DNA from: an uncultured Actinomycetes bacterium
Lineage (GTDB): Bacteria > Actinomycetota > UBA4738 > HRBIN12
Direction: 5' to 3'
Length of the DNA stretch: 64,000 nt
Assembly (NCBI GenBank): GCA_963704885.1
Contig: CAVPIB010000004.1
Coordinates: forward strand, 999,261 to 1,063,260
The notes under the pieces are model-generated. The model was not told the origin of the DNA and ran no database searches. It worked only from the letters and a program-made list of their open reading frames with translations. Below are positions 27,849 through 37,219 of the stretch, piece after piece (position 1 is the first letter of the stretch; the number at the start of each line of letters is the position of its first letter). The position numbers and the translations under genes are program-made.

Positions 27849-29294
27849 CCCGATCACGACGGGCGTTATCAAGTAGTGCCCCACAAGCACGTTCAGGTCG
27901 TACGCGGCCGGGAACAGGCCGGGTTCCGCGGTCCACTGAGAGAGAGCCAGCGCCACGGACGTGGCCACCAGCACGTCGCGGGGAACGCGGGGGAGCAGCC
28001 ACGCGAGGGGTAGGGCCCACACCACGTACCAGGGCAGCAGCACCGGTCCGAGCATCATCAGGAGCAGGAGCGACCACCCCCACGCGGCCCCGAGCTCCAG
28101 GACCGGGTCCTCGAGTGCGAGCTTCCGCGTTGCCTCGCGCCACACGATCCGGCAAAGGAGAACCACGGCGCTCACCAACAGCGCCGCGAACCCGATCCTC
28201 GCGACGACCCCGAGCGTGTCTCCCGACGCTGCGTCCAGGAACCTGCGGAAGAACCTCGACGGGGCGAGCCACCCCTCGTGTCCCGCAAGCTCGAGCATCC
28301 CGAGGGTGGGGTCGTGGAGTTGGAAGAACGGCGCCGCGAACACCGCGCCGATCGCCACCGCGAGTCCGCCGCGCGTGAGGAGCATGCGGAGCCGCCTTCC
28401 GGATGGCGCGCGAGCCAGGAGCCATACGAGAAGGAGCAGCAGAGGCAGGGCCGCGGTCGCCTTGACCAGTGTCCCGAGCGTCAGGACGGCGACGGCGAGC
28501 AGGTCCCTCCGGCGCCGCATCAGCGCGAACGCGCCGGCCACCGCGAGCGCCACCAGGATGTCGTTGTGGCCGCTCGCCACCGTCTGGAACAGCACGACGG
28601 GGCTGAGTCCGAACGCCACCACGGCGAACGCCGCACGCGTTGGCCATGCGCGACGCACCGTCGTCGCGATCACCGCGACGGTACCCAGGCTGGCGGCGGC
28701 CGCCGTCCATCGGAACGTCTCGACCTGCGCGCCCAGTGTGTGCACGGTTCGCACCACGATCGACGCGTAGCCGGTGAAGAGCGGTCCGTATACCGCAGGG
28801 GTCGAGAACCACTTCGGGCCCACGAGCGCCGCGACCGCGTCGAGAGGGAAGTCGGCCGGCGTCTGCACGTATGGGTTCGCGTGGTGCAGCGCGGCGATGT
28901 TGCCGTACGCGATGTAGGAGTACACATCGCGCGAGATCAAGAGCGGGAGTGAAAGGACGACCGCGTGCGCAGCGACGGCTAGGAACACCACGGTTCTCAA
29001 GGAGACGGCACCGCGCCACGCGGCCCGGAGCATCAGCAAGAACCCCCCGGTCGCGAGCACGACCGCGGCGACCCCGACCCAGACCAGAGCCGAACCATTC
29101 AAACCGTCCACGCCGAGGGCGCCAGCCAGCCAGGCGAACGGCCCGTGCGGCTGTACGCCGGGTGCCAGGATCGGGTGCAGCGGCGAATCCGGAACGGACG
29201 CCGCGGTGGCGATCGCCGTGAGCCCGATCAGGAAGCCGGCGATCGCGAGCGACGACGATCGTGAGGAGCGCTCCACGGGGCCCGAACGTATCAC
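27714..29294 (-). CDS. polytopic membrane glycosyltransferase-like protein (DUF2029 / GT87-like)
   Basis: 526 aa, with many TM helices. The ...LISRDVYSYIAYGNIAALHHANPY... loop resembles DUF2029-type mannosyltransferases. It overlaps the 3' end of the convergent gene by 135 nt. Confidence 0.6.
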   Translation of the reverse strand: MIRSGPVERSSRSSSLAIAGFLIGLTAIATAASVPDSPLHPILAPGVQPHGPFAWLAGALGVDGLNGSALVWVGVAAVVLATGGFLLMLRAAWRGAVSLRTVVFLAVAAHAVVLSLPLLISRDVYSYIAYGNIAALHHANPYVQTPADFPLDAVAALVGPKWFSTPAVYGPLFTGYASIVVRTVHTLGAQVETFRWTAAAASLGTVAVIATTVRRAWPTRAAFAVVAFGLSPVVLFQTVASGHNDILVALAVAGAFALMRRRRDLLAVAVLTLGTLVKATAALPLLLLLVWLLARAPSGRRLRMLLTRGGLAVAIGAVFAAPFFQLHDPTLGMLELAGHEGWLAPSRFFRRFLDAASGDTLGVVARIGFAALLVSAVVLLCRIVWREATRKLALEDPVLELGAAWGWSLLLLMMLGPVLLPWYVVWALPLAWLLPRVPRDVLVATSVALALSQWTAEPGLFPAAYDLNVLVGHYLITPVVIGLLGWLLLDGWRRWRGGRPLQDRKTVAGGTGEDRDDRRAAGAGER

Positions 29295-29529
29295 CGGCGG
29301 CGGTCCCGACCTTCGACCCGGCAGGTCCCGCCGTTCGGCCTAGGGACCGTTCGAGCGCATGGTGCGATACTCGGCGGACGGGGTGCCCCAGCCCACGTCG
29401 ACAGACGCGAGCTCCGACATCCTCCACTGCTCAAGGCCGGGGGCCCGCGCTTCGCGCGGGCCCCCGCGCATCACGCCCCTTGTCGCCGGCGGGCGCGGCC
29501 CGGAGACTGGCCGGGTGGATGACCGGCGG

Positions 29530-30201
29530 ATGTTCCAGCGCGACGGACAGGTCGACCGTCAGGTCACCGAGATCCAGGAGGAGTTCCGTCGTGGGTTCGA
29601 GCTGGTCAACTCGATCGAACGGCCGTCCGTCTCGATCTTCGGATCGGCCCGGCTGGGCCCGTCCGACCCCGCCTACGCATGGGCCAGGGCCACCGGCCGG
29701 GCGTTCGCGGAGCGCGGTTGGGCCGTGGTGACCGGAGGCGGCCCCGGGATCATGGAGGCCGCGAACCGCGGGTGCCGCGAGGCCGGTGGGCTGTCCGTCG
29801 GGTTCAACATACGCCTCCCGCATGAGCAGGGAGACAACCCCTTCCTGGATCTCGCGATCGAGTTCAGCCACTTCTACGCGCGCAAGACCATGTTCGTGAA
29901 GGCGGCTGAGGGTTTCGTGGTCTTCCCCGGCGGGTTCGGGACGCTGGACGAGCTCTTCGAGGCGCTCACGCTTCTCCAGACCGGTGTGATCCGCCATTTC
30001 CCGGTGGTCCTCTTCGGGAGCGAGCACTGGCGGCCGGTCCTCGCGTGGGCCGAGGGAGAGCTGCTCCGGGACGGGCTTATCTCACGGTCGGACCTCGGGC
30101 TCGTCTCCGTGACGGACGACCCGACGGTCGCCACGCAGACCGTCATCGACTGCTACGAGCGCACGTGCGCCCACGACGTCCCCGAAGAACGGGGGGACTA
30201 G
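29530..30201 (+). CDS. LOG-family protein (TIGR00730; cytokinin riboside 5'-monophosphate phosphoribohydrolase-like)
   Basis: SIFGSARL, GGGPGIMEA and PGGFGTLDEL motifs. The start was chosen at MFQRDG. The ORF is open from 29359. Confidence 0.8.
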   Translation: MFQRDGQVDRQVTEIQEEFRRGFELVNSIERPSVSIFGSARLGPSDPAYAWARATGRAFAERGWAVVTGGGPGIMEAANRGCREAGGLSVGFNIRLPHEQGDNPFLDLAIEFSHFYARKTMFVKAAEGFVVFPGGFGTLDELFEALTLLQTGVIRHFPVVLFGSEHWRPVLAWAEGELLRDGLISRSDLGLVSVTDDPTVATQTVIDCYERTCAHDVPEERGD

Positions 30202-30731
30202 GCGTGCGCGCCCGCGCCGACCGGCTGCGAGCGACGCTCGAAGGAGAGCACCAACTTGCGGAGCAGCGCATTGAGACGTTTCTGCTCCGCCGGCGTGAGG
30301 ACCGATAGCACGGCGATCTCGTTGTCGATCCCCGCGTTGACGGCCTGATCGATCTTGGCGATCCCCGCGGGCGTCAGGCGTACGATAAGGGCGCGGCGAT
30401 CCTCGGGGTCAGGTTCGCGGGTGATGAGCCCGGCCTCCTCCAGCCCGTCGAGGCGGTTGGTCATGGCCCCGGACGACAACATCAGGCACTCCCCCAGCTC
30501 GCCGGGCGACATGGCGATGTCGGGATCGCGCTGACGGAGCTGAGCGAGCAGCTTGAACTCGCCCTTGTTCAGTTCGAACTCGGCGCTGCCGTGCTCCAGG
30601 ATGCCGTCGAACCTCTTCGCGACCTTATGTACCCGATCGACGATCCCTTCGACCTCCGGATCCAGCCGGGGGAAGATCTTGCACGCGCGCTCCACGAAGT
30701 CGTCTATCGAATCCCTCGTTCCCATCGCCAC
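30198..30731 (-). CDS. MarR-family transcriptional regulator
   Basis: Winged-HTH region ...MSPGELGECLMLSSGAMTNRLDGLEEAGLITR... GTG start at 30731 (or ATG at 30725). Confidence 0.85.
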   Translation of the reverse strand: MAMGTRDSIDDFVERACKIFPRLDPEVEGIVDRVHKVAKRFDGILEHGSAEFELNKGEFKLLAQLRQRDPDIAMSPGELGECLMLSSGAMTNRLDGLEEAGLITREPDPEDRRALIVRLTPAGIAKIDQAVNAGIDNEIAVLSVLTPAEQKRLNALLRKLVLSFERRSQPVGAGAHA

Positions 30732-30754
30732 TCGCTCCTTTCGACAGCAAGACT

Positions 30755-30810
30755 CTTGACATCGGATTTCTTGACATCAAGCTACATCTGAAGTATCTTC
30801 ACGTCAAGCT
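30755..30810. promoter_or_regulatory. divergent promoter and candidate MarR operator: two direct CTTGACATC boxes plus an inverted CTTGACGTG box; -35 TTGACA and -10 TATCTT facing the + strand
   Basis: CTTGACATC at 30755-30763 and 30770-30778. CACGTCAAG at 30800-30808. TTGACA (30772-30777), a 17-nt spacer, then TATCTT. This is followed by a GGGAGGGAGG SD and the ATG at 30836. Confidence 0.4.
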
Positions 30811-30835
30811 ATCACGGGAGGGAGGTGAGCGCGAG

Positions 30836-31066
30836 ATGGTCCAGACCCCACAGCTCCGTACGGATGAGCAGAGGCTGCGCGAGCACGAACTCCGCCGGGC
30901 GACCGAAGATGCCCGCCGCGAGGGCGTCAGGCCCGCCACCCGCACGGGGAAGATGGCGGCAGGAGCGTTGCGAGCGATCTCCGCGGCGCTCACGCGCACG
31001 GCGAACGCGCTCGACGCGCCTTCCGAGCGTCTCGAGCGAAGCGTCCGCATGGTCGACCGGGCCTGA
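30836..31066 (+). CDS. small charged hypothetical protein (76 aa), divergent from MarR
   Basis: Strong SD GGGAGGGAGG upstream. High GC3. The long antisense ORF 30799..32097 is rejected. Confidence 0.45.
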   Translation: MVQTPQLRTDEQRLREHELRRATEDARREGVRPATRTGKMAAGALRAISAALTRTANALDAPSERLERSVRMVDRA

Positions 31067-31186
31067 CCCGATCGGTCGTCGGACCGACGAGGCCGAGCCG
31101 AGCCCAAGATGCCCAGGTGCGCCACACCCCCGCATCGAGGGCTCGGCTCGGCCTCCGTCTCACGCGCAGGACCGATACTGACGTTC

Positions 31187-32176
31187 ATGCGACATCGGTG
31201 GGTACCTCTCTTGGCGCCGATGCTGCTGGCTGCTGCCTGCTCGCGCGCATCTGGCACGGAGCCCTCCAGCGCGGCGCCCGGGACACCGCCAGACACGGCC
31301 ACCTCCGGCTGCCCCGCAGCCGGAGAGCTGGCGCCACCCCGAACCTTGATCCTGTTCCGTAAGGACGGGTGCGTCCCCACATCCGAACTGTTCGCGTTCC
31401 AGTGTTCTCCGATCGATCCGCCCGTGATCGAGACCCAAGCCGAAGGCTTGACCGAGCGGTTCATAGGCGGGCGGTTCGCATTGCCTTTGCGATCGCTCCC
31501 AGCGGGCGCTTCGCCCGTGGGCGAGGGAGCCGGCATGCAGGTGTACACGGTCATGGGGAACCCGGCGCTCCTGTACGTGGGACAGGGCGAAGGCGTGACG
31601 CGTTGGCTTCGGCTGCCCCGGCGCCGGATCGGTGAGCCTCCCAACGCGTACGTCATCGGCGACTCGATCGCGGATGGCTCCTCGCCTTTCATCACCGCGG
31701 CGCTCCCGGAGTGGTCGATCGACTTCGACACCGTCATCGGTCGGGGTACGGACTCCGCGCTTCCGATCGCAGCCGCCCAGGGCGCCGAGCGGCCCGACGT
31801 AGTGGTCGTCGAACTCGGCACGAACGACGCCGACCCGGTGGCTTTCCGTGAGAACGTGATGGCGATGATGGCGTCGCTACGACGGGTGCCATTGGTGGTG
31901 TGGCAGACGGCACACGGTCCCCTGGTGAACATCCCAGATGTCAACATGCTCATCCGCGACCTGATGGCCCAGTACCCCAACACGTGGATCGCCGACTGGG
32001 ACGCGTTCGTAGACGACGAGGAACTGATCGCCGACGGAGTGCATCCCGCGCCGGAACACCAGGACCTGATGGCCCGGCTCGTCGCACCGATGCTCACTCG
32101 ATGGCTAGAGGTGGCGAGCGGTGAAGGTGCCGCGTCGTGCAGCGCCCAGGCCGAGGGCGCGGCCGGAGTCTCCTAG
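31187..32176 (+). CDS. SGNH/GDSL-hydrolase lipoprotein
   Basis: Start at MRHRWVPLLAPMLLAAAC (lipobox LAAAC). SGNH blocks VIGDSIADG, ELGTNDA and DGVHP are present. Confidence 0.75.
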   Translation: MRHRWVPLLAPMLLAAACSRASGTEPSSAAPGTPPDTATSGCPAAGELAPPRTLILFRKDGCVPTSELFAFQCSPIDPPVIETQAEGLTERFIGGRFALPLRSLPAGASPVGEGAGMQVYTVMGNPALLYVGQGEGVTRWLRLPRRRIGEPPNAYVIGDSIADGSSPFITAALPEWSIDFDTVIGRGTDSALPIAAAQGAERPDVVVVELGTNDADPVAFRENVMAMMASLRRVPLVVWQTAHGPLVNIPDVNMLIRDLMAQYPNTWIADWDAFVDDEELIADGVHPAPEHQDLMARLVAPMLTRWLEVASGEGAASCSAQAEGAAGVS

Positions 32177-32191
32177 AGTACCGACACCGCT

Positions 32192-33124
32192 TCAACCGGC
32201 GGGCGCGGGCGACTCCGGTTCTTCGAAGGTGTCGGCGAGCGGTCGCGATCGCTGACGCAGCAGCACGACCGCCGTCGATCCCAACACCATCAGTCCTCCG
32301 ACGATCACGGGGGTGGTGAGCTGCTCATCCAGCAACGCCCACGCGGCGATAGAGCCGACGATCGGCTGGGTCTGGGTGATGAGCGAGCCCAGCCACGCCT
32401 CCACGAACCGGTGCGACCAAGCGACCATCAGATGGCCGAGCATCCCGGGCACGAGCGTCACCAGCCAGATCCAGGCCCAATCGACGCGCCGCGGAAGGGC
32501 GAGGCCCTGTCCTGAAGCCACGGCGAAGACGGTCATCAACATGGCCGACACCAGCATGACGCTCGCCATGTACTCCAGAGCTCCCACGCCGGACCTAACC
32601 CTCTTGGAGAACAGCCAGTACCCGGTCCACGACAACACGCTGATCCCGGCGAACACGTCGCCCCAGGCACCGGAGGTTGGCGAGCCCGCCGATCCGATCG
32701 CCACGATCGCCACGCCCAGGAACGACGTGGCGATGAAGACCAGATCGCGGCGCCCGACGCGCTCCCCGAACCATCTCGCTGCGCCTATCGCGATGAGCAC
32801 CGGAGCCAGGGCCCCGATGATCGTGGCGTTGGCGACGCTCGTGAGCTGGAACGCCAGGAAGCTGCACCCGATGTCGATCGCGAAGACGACGCCGCCCAAC
32901 GCGCAGGTCCGCAAGGTCGTCCAAGGCAGGCGCCGGCCGGTCATCGCGAACACGGCGACGTAGACGAGCACTCCCATCCAGAGGCGGTACGCGGCGAAAG
33001 ACAGTGCCGGCATCTCCGTCTGCTTCAAGATCAGCGGGACGAGTCCCCACGCGACCGTGGCGAAGGACAAGGCCATGATCCCGGCGGTTCTCCGATCAGG
33101 CCCCGTTCGCGTCTCGGTGGACAT
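32192..33124 (-). CDS. DMT-superfamily (EamA-like) transporter
   Basis: 310 aa, 10 TM helices and duplicated EamA-like halves. Confidence 0.8.
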   Translation of the reverse strand: MSTETRTGPDRRTAGIMALSFATVAWGLVPLILKQTEMPALSFAAYRLWMGVLVYVAVFAMTGRRLPWTTLRTCALGGVVFAIDIGCSFLAFQLTSVANATIIGALAPVLIAIGAARWFGERVGRRDLVFIATSFLGVAIVAIGSAGSPTSGAWGDVFAGISVLSWTGYWLFSKRVRSGVGALEYMASVMLVSAMLMTVFAVASGQGLALPRRVDWAWIWLVTLVPGMLGHLMVAWSHRFVEAWLGSLITQTQPIVGSIAAWALLDEQLTTPVIVGGLMVLGSTAVVLLRQRSRPLADTFEEPESPAPAG

Positions 33125-33184
33125 CGCCCGACGCTACCAGCGCGGCCCGCGCCGACCTGGACGCACCCGATAGCATCAACCGGA

Positions 33185-34150
33185 ATGGGCCTCGGATCCG
33201 ATCCGTTCGCCGCCGACGGGGAGTGGCTGAAGACCGCTCTGCACACCCACACGTCCGTCTCCGACGGCGAGCTGGAGCCGGGAGCCGTTGCGGCGCACTA
33301 CGAGTGGGCTGGGTTCGATGTCTTGGCGATCACTGATCATTGGACCCTCACGTATCTCCCTTCAACCGAGAACCTCCTCGTCATCACGGGCGCCGAGCTC
33401 GCCGTCGATCCGATGGGACCGGGTCGCTACACGGAGATCTTGGCCATCGGCATCGACGACATCCCCCAGGATCCAGGCGGGGATCGCGCCCACTGGGAGA
33501 CGATCGACGGCTACGAGTTCAAGACGTTCCCGGATCTCACGGTGGCGGCGGCCAACATCACGGGACAGGGAGGTGCCGCCTTCGTGGCGCATCCCTATTG
33601 GAGCGGACTCACGCCCGAGGTCATCTTGGAGGCGCAGGGGCTCACTGGCATCGAGCTCTTCAACGCATCGTCGCACCGCGAGAACGACCGCGGCGATTCC
33701 TCCTACATCTGGGACCTAGCGCTCGAGGCCGGTATGTCGCTCTCAGGGATCGCCGCCGATGACAGCCACTACCCGCTGTTCGACATCGGTGACGCCTGGA
33801 CCATGGTGCGTGCCGCGGAGCGCACGCAGGAGGCCGTGCTCGATGCGCTCCGAGAACACCGGACCTACGCGTCGAGTGGCCCGGTCATGCACGACGTCGC
33901 TCGCGAGGGGAACGTCGTCGAGGTGAGATGCAGCCCGTGCCCGTCGGTCGTGTTGCACTCGCGTTACCAGGAGGGCTGGTCGGTGCGCGCCGACCATCGT
34001 GGGCGCCAAGAGTCCGCGCGGATCCTGGAGCGAGACGACCGAGGGATGATCGTTCGCGCTTCGTTCCAGCCGCCGGTCGACGACCTGCCGTTCGTCCGCG
34101 TGGTGGCGACCGACGAGCAGGGTCGATCCGCCTGGACGAACCCCGTCTAG
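33185..34150 (+). CDS. PHP-domain metal-dependent phosphoesterase (CehA/McbA-like)
   Basis: LHTHTSVSDG and ITDHW PHP motifs. Confidence 0.72.
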   Translation: MGLGSDPFAADGEWLKTALHTHTSVSDGELEPGAVAAHYEWAGFDVLAITDHWTLTYLPSTENLLVITGAELAVDPMGPGRYTEILAIGIDDIPQDPGGDRAHWETIDGYEFKTFPDLTVAAANITGQGGAAFVAHPYWSGLTPEVILEAQGLTGIELFNASSHRENDRGDSSYIWDLALEAGMSLSGIAADDSHYPLFDIGDAWTMVRAAERTQEAVLDALREHRTYASSGPVMHDVAREGNVVEVRCSPCPSVVLHSRYQEGWSVRADHRGRQESARILERDDRGMIVRASFQPPVDDLPFVRVVATDEQGRSAWTNPV

Positions 34151-34971
34151 GTCTGGTCCTCGGGCACCGTCGTCGCGGCCGGAGGCTCGGGCACGACGGG
34201 TGGCTCGGCTGCCTGGGGTGCGGACTCGGCTACGACTGGCATCTCGGATACCGGCGGCGCCTCCAGAGTTGCGCCATCGGACGGGCCGTCGGCTGTCGCC
34301 GCGGATCTGCGACGCATCATCAGCACCGCTCCGATCACGACGAGCACCGCGACCGCAGCGATCACGATCCACAGCACCGGGGACGAGGACGAGCCCGACG
34401 GGATCGCACTCGCCTGTGCCTGAAGCTCGGTCCGTTCCCCCAACTTCGGCGTCCAGGAAACCGTGTTCCCGTTGATCTCGCCGTTGGACGACGCCACCGG
34501 GCCAGGGAACGTGATCGAGATGCTGATATCCGCCGAAGACAGCGCGTTCTGCACGGCCTCGTTCGCGTCCGCGCCACCGGTGTCGTTCGTCATATCGAGC
34601 GCGCCGGTCACCGTGAAGACGTCGCCCTCGCGCGCGATCTTCAGCGCGTCCGCGTCCTCCAACTCGCTGAGCGCTGCGATCGGCACTCCGTCGAACGTGA
34701 TCTCCTGCCCGACGAACGTGTCGTCCTCGTAGTCAGAGGTCGTCAGTCCTTCCGTGCCTTCGGGGGCGATCGTGTCGCCGCCGAAGATCTCATCTACCGG
34801 TTGGCCGCTGAGCGCGAGCAGCTGCTTGTCGACGGCGACGATCGCCGAACCGCTAACGGTGTTGTCCGTGGAGACCGTCAGATCCATGTTGAGCTTGATG
34901 CAGCTCGAGAGCAGTATCACGAGCCCCGCTACCGCGAGCATCCTGCCCGCCATCGAGTTGGTCCGCTTCAT
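34147..34971 (-). CDS. lipoprotein with a C-terminal TM anchor and Pro-rich tail (possibly LppM/DUF3153-like)
   Basis: Start at MKRTNSMAGRMLAVAGLVILLSSC (lipobox). A C-terminal TM segment VLWIVIAAVAVLVVIGAVLMM is followed by a PPV-rich tail. The family assignment is tentative. Confidence 0.55.
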   Translation of the reverse strand: MKRTNSMAGRMLAVAGLVILLSSCIKLNMDLTVSTDNTVSGSAIVAVDKQLLALSGQPVDEIFGGDTIAPEGTEGLTTSDYEDDTFVGQEITFDGVPIAALSELEDADALKIAREGDVFTVTGALDMTNDTGGADANEAVQNALSSADISISITFPGPVASSNGEINGNTVSWTPKLGERTELQAQASAIPSGSSSSPVLWIVIAAVAVLVVIGAVLMMRRRSAATADGPSDGATLEAPPVSEMPVVAESAPQAAEPPVVPEPPAATTVPEDQT

Positions 34972-35132
34972 GGGAGCTCCCATTCGATCCGGATCGTTCG
35001 CTCGATTATCAGCCCACTTGAGGCCCTCACCTCGCAAGGGAGGGGTCTCGGAAGCTAGCCCAACTGACCGCGACGCTGCGTCCGACCGCATCGGCCGCGA
35101 ACCTCGTAGTCTCGGCGCGTGACTTCGGCAGG

Positions 35133-35618
35133 ATGGCAGGTCGCGCAGGTGAACATCGCGCTCCACGGGCACCCATCGACTCGCCGCAACTCGCGGACTT
35201 CGTCGCGTTGCTCGAACCCATCAACGAACTGGCTGATCACAGTCCCGGGTTCGTCTGGCGCCTTCAGACCGAGGACGGCGACGCCACCGCGGTCCGCGCG
35301 TTCGACGACGATCGGATCATCGTGAACATGTCGGTGTGGGGATCCCTCGACGATCTGGGGACGTTCGTCTACGCCACCGGCCATCTTGAGGTCCTGCGTC
35401 GCCGTCGCGAGTGGTTCGCGCGCATGGCCGAGTCTCACCTCGCGCTCTGGTGGGTTCCCGCCGGGACGCTGCCCGATGTGGCCGAAGCCGAACGCAGGCT
35501 GGCGCACCTCCAAGAGCACGGCGCCTCGCCGCACGCGTTCACTCTCCGCGAGCCATACCCACCGCCGAACGCGGTCTCGCCGATCACTCCCGACGATCGC
35601 TGGGTTTGCCCCGTCTAG
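35133..35618 (+). CDS. DUF3291-domain protein, with an apparent 1-nt frameshift at the 5' end (the N-terminal ~14 codons lie in another frame starting at 35119)
   Basis: Frame B (35133) reads ...RAPIDSPQLADFVALLEPINELADHSPGFVWRLQTEDGDATAVR..., matching DUF3291. Frame A (35119) reads MTSAGWQVAQVNIAL, matching the family N-terminus hLAQlNIArL. The two frames join near 35160 (ctcc-acgg). Confidence 0.65.
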   Translation: MAGRAGEHRAPRAPIDSPQLADFVALLEPINELADHSPGFVWRLQTEDGDATAVRAFDDDRIIVNMSVWGSLDDLGTFVYATGHLEVLRRRREWFARMAESHLALWWVPAGTLPDVAEAERRLAHLQEHGASPHAFTLREPYPPPNAVSPITPDDRWVCPV

Positions 35619-35624
35619 AGCCCG

Positions 35625-37175
35625 TCAGTCCCGGACGGTGAACCAGGAACGCGCCAAGACACGGTAACCATCGTCGGCTAGCAGGTAGACGCTGTACTTG
35701 CCGGCTCGAAGCGGCCACGGGCCATAGGAGTGGGCGTCCAGGACCGCGGATCCCTGGATCGACGCGTTCGTGTAGAACCACAGGAGGTACGAGGCGACGT
35801 TCGGATCGGCTCCCCGCCTGTAGACGCCGATCCAGTCCCATCTCTGACCGGGCGTGTTGGCCCACCACACGCGGATCGACTCGCCAGTCCCGAACACGCG
35901 CTCGGACACGAGCACCTGCGGCTTGGCTCCGGGCAGGCTCACCCAGAACCGCGTGCGCGAACGAACCTGACCGCCGTCGAGCAGGAGGGCCACGTATGTT
36001 CCAGGCTCCCAACCGTCGGTCGGCACCGCGACGGTGCCATCGGTGGCACCGCCGGTCGATACCTCGAAGAGCGGCGCCGCCGGGTCACCGCCCGCACGGA
36101 TGACCGCCACCTCCTCGTCGGATCCGCCCGATCCGTGGAACGTGACCTGTTGGTCGTCTCCGACCCCTAACAACCGGCTGCCCGCCGCGACGAAGATCGG
36201 CGGAGCGCCCGGCGTCGCGGAGAACGTCGAGACAACGGCACGGTGATCGGTCCCCCAGGGGTCCACCGAAAGGGTCACGCCGGGACCTCCGGGCTCGCCA
36301 ACCAGCTCGCTCTGCAGCGTCTGCGCCGGACCCGCCGCGTACACGTAGTCGATCCGGTCCTGCGGCGCGTGCGGCCCCGGGTTCCAGCCGTCGTCCGTGT
36401 CTGGGCGTTCCGACGGCCAGGTGAGACCCGGGTCGGTCACGGGATCGGGGTGCGCCTCGTGCCAGGAGTCGACGAATCCAGCCTTCTCCACGAACGCGCT
36501 CACCGGCCAGCGAACCGGATACGTGATCTGGGGCCGAAGCCCCACGGTGTCAGTGGTCCAGTCGTGGAGCGACGGCGCGTTGAAGTCCCCGGTGAGGAAG
36601 ACTGGGATGTCCAGGCCCGCGAGCTCCGAGAGCGCCACGACGCTGGGCGTCACGGCAGGCACCCGGACACGCCGCTCGATCTCCAAGATCTGGCTCCGAG
36701 GGGCGCCGCGCCTGGTCAGGTTGGGGCTGTAAGGACCGGCGGGCAGATGGACGTTGCCGATCGCCACCACTTGACCCGGGGCGATCTGCACGAAGAGATA
36801 CAGGCCGTCGCCGCCGGCTGGATCGATCAGTGGATACCGCGAGATCACCTGGAGGCGCTCGTTGTAGTACGGATAACCGAGCGTCTTCGCCAGCCGGTCG
36901 ATGTTGCCCTGCCCTTCCTGCAGACCCACCACGTCGGCATCGGCCACCTGCACCCCTTGCACGATGCTGTGGAAGCTGATGACGGTGCCGCCGTACTCCA
37001 TGTTGAACGTCATGACCTTGAGGTCCAAAGGAGCGGCGCTGCCGAGCGCGGGCCGGGGTACCGTGGGTCGCGCCGAGGCGGGGACCGCGGCGATGCCGGA
37101 CGACAGGGCCATCACGATCGCGAACGTGGCCAGGGAGCGGAGCCGAACGCGGGGGGTCGTCACGGCCGACATCAT
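35625..37175 (-). CDS. secreted endonuclease/exonuclease/phosphatase (EEP)-family protein with a C-terminal beta-rich domain
   Basis: Signal peptide. ...VVGLQE... and ...FLTGDFNA... EEP motifs. 516 aa. Confidence 0.75.
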   Translation of the reverse strand: MMSAVTTPRVRLRSLATFAIVMALSSGIAAVPASARPTVPRPALGSAAPLDLKVMTFNMEYGGTVISFHSIVQGVQVADADVVGLQEGQGNIDRLAKTLGYPYYNERLQVISRYPLIDPAGGDGLYLFVQIAPGQVVAIGNVHLPAGPYSPNLTRRGAPRSQILEIERRVRVPAVTPSVVALSELAGLDIPVFLTGDFNAPSLHDWTTDTVGLRPQITYPVRWPVSAFVEKAGFVDSWHEAHPDPVTDPGLTWPSERPDTDDGWNPGPHAPQDRIDYVYAAGPAQTLQSELVGEPGGPGVTLSVDPWGTDHRAVVSTFSATPGAPPIFVAAGSRLLGVGDDQQVTFHGSGGSDEEVAVIRAGGDPAAPLFEVSTGGATDGTVAVPTDGWEPGTYVALLLDGGQVRSRTRFWVSLPGAKPQVLVSERVFGTGESIRVWWANTPGQRWDWIGVYRRGADPNVASYLLWFYTNASIQGSAVLDAHSYGPWPLRAGKYSVYLLADDGYRVLARSWFTVRD

Positions 37176-37219
37176 GCCCCTCGGGCCGACGGCCGGGCAA
37201 GCGAGCGCGTGACACGGGA

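Noticed and set aside
26214-29427. Minus-strand ORFs 26214..27347 (377 aa) and 27430..29427 (665 aa), and plus ORFs 27608..28378, 27961..28770 and 28278..28952
   Set aside because: All lie opposite or out of frame to the two polytopic membrane-protein genes. Their translations are extreme Arg/Gly/Pro/Asp low-complexity.
30799-32097. 432-aa minus-strand ORF covering the small ORF and the SGNH lipoprotein gene
   Set aside because: It is antisense to a gene with clear SGNH blocks and a lipobox. Its translation is Ser/Arg/Ala-rich and low-complexity.
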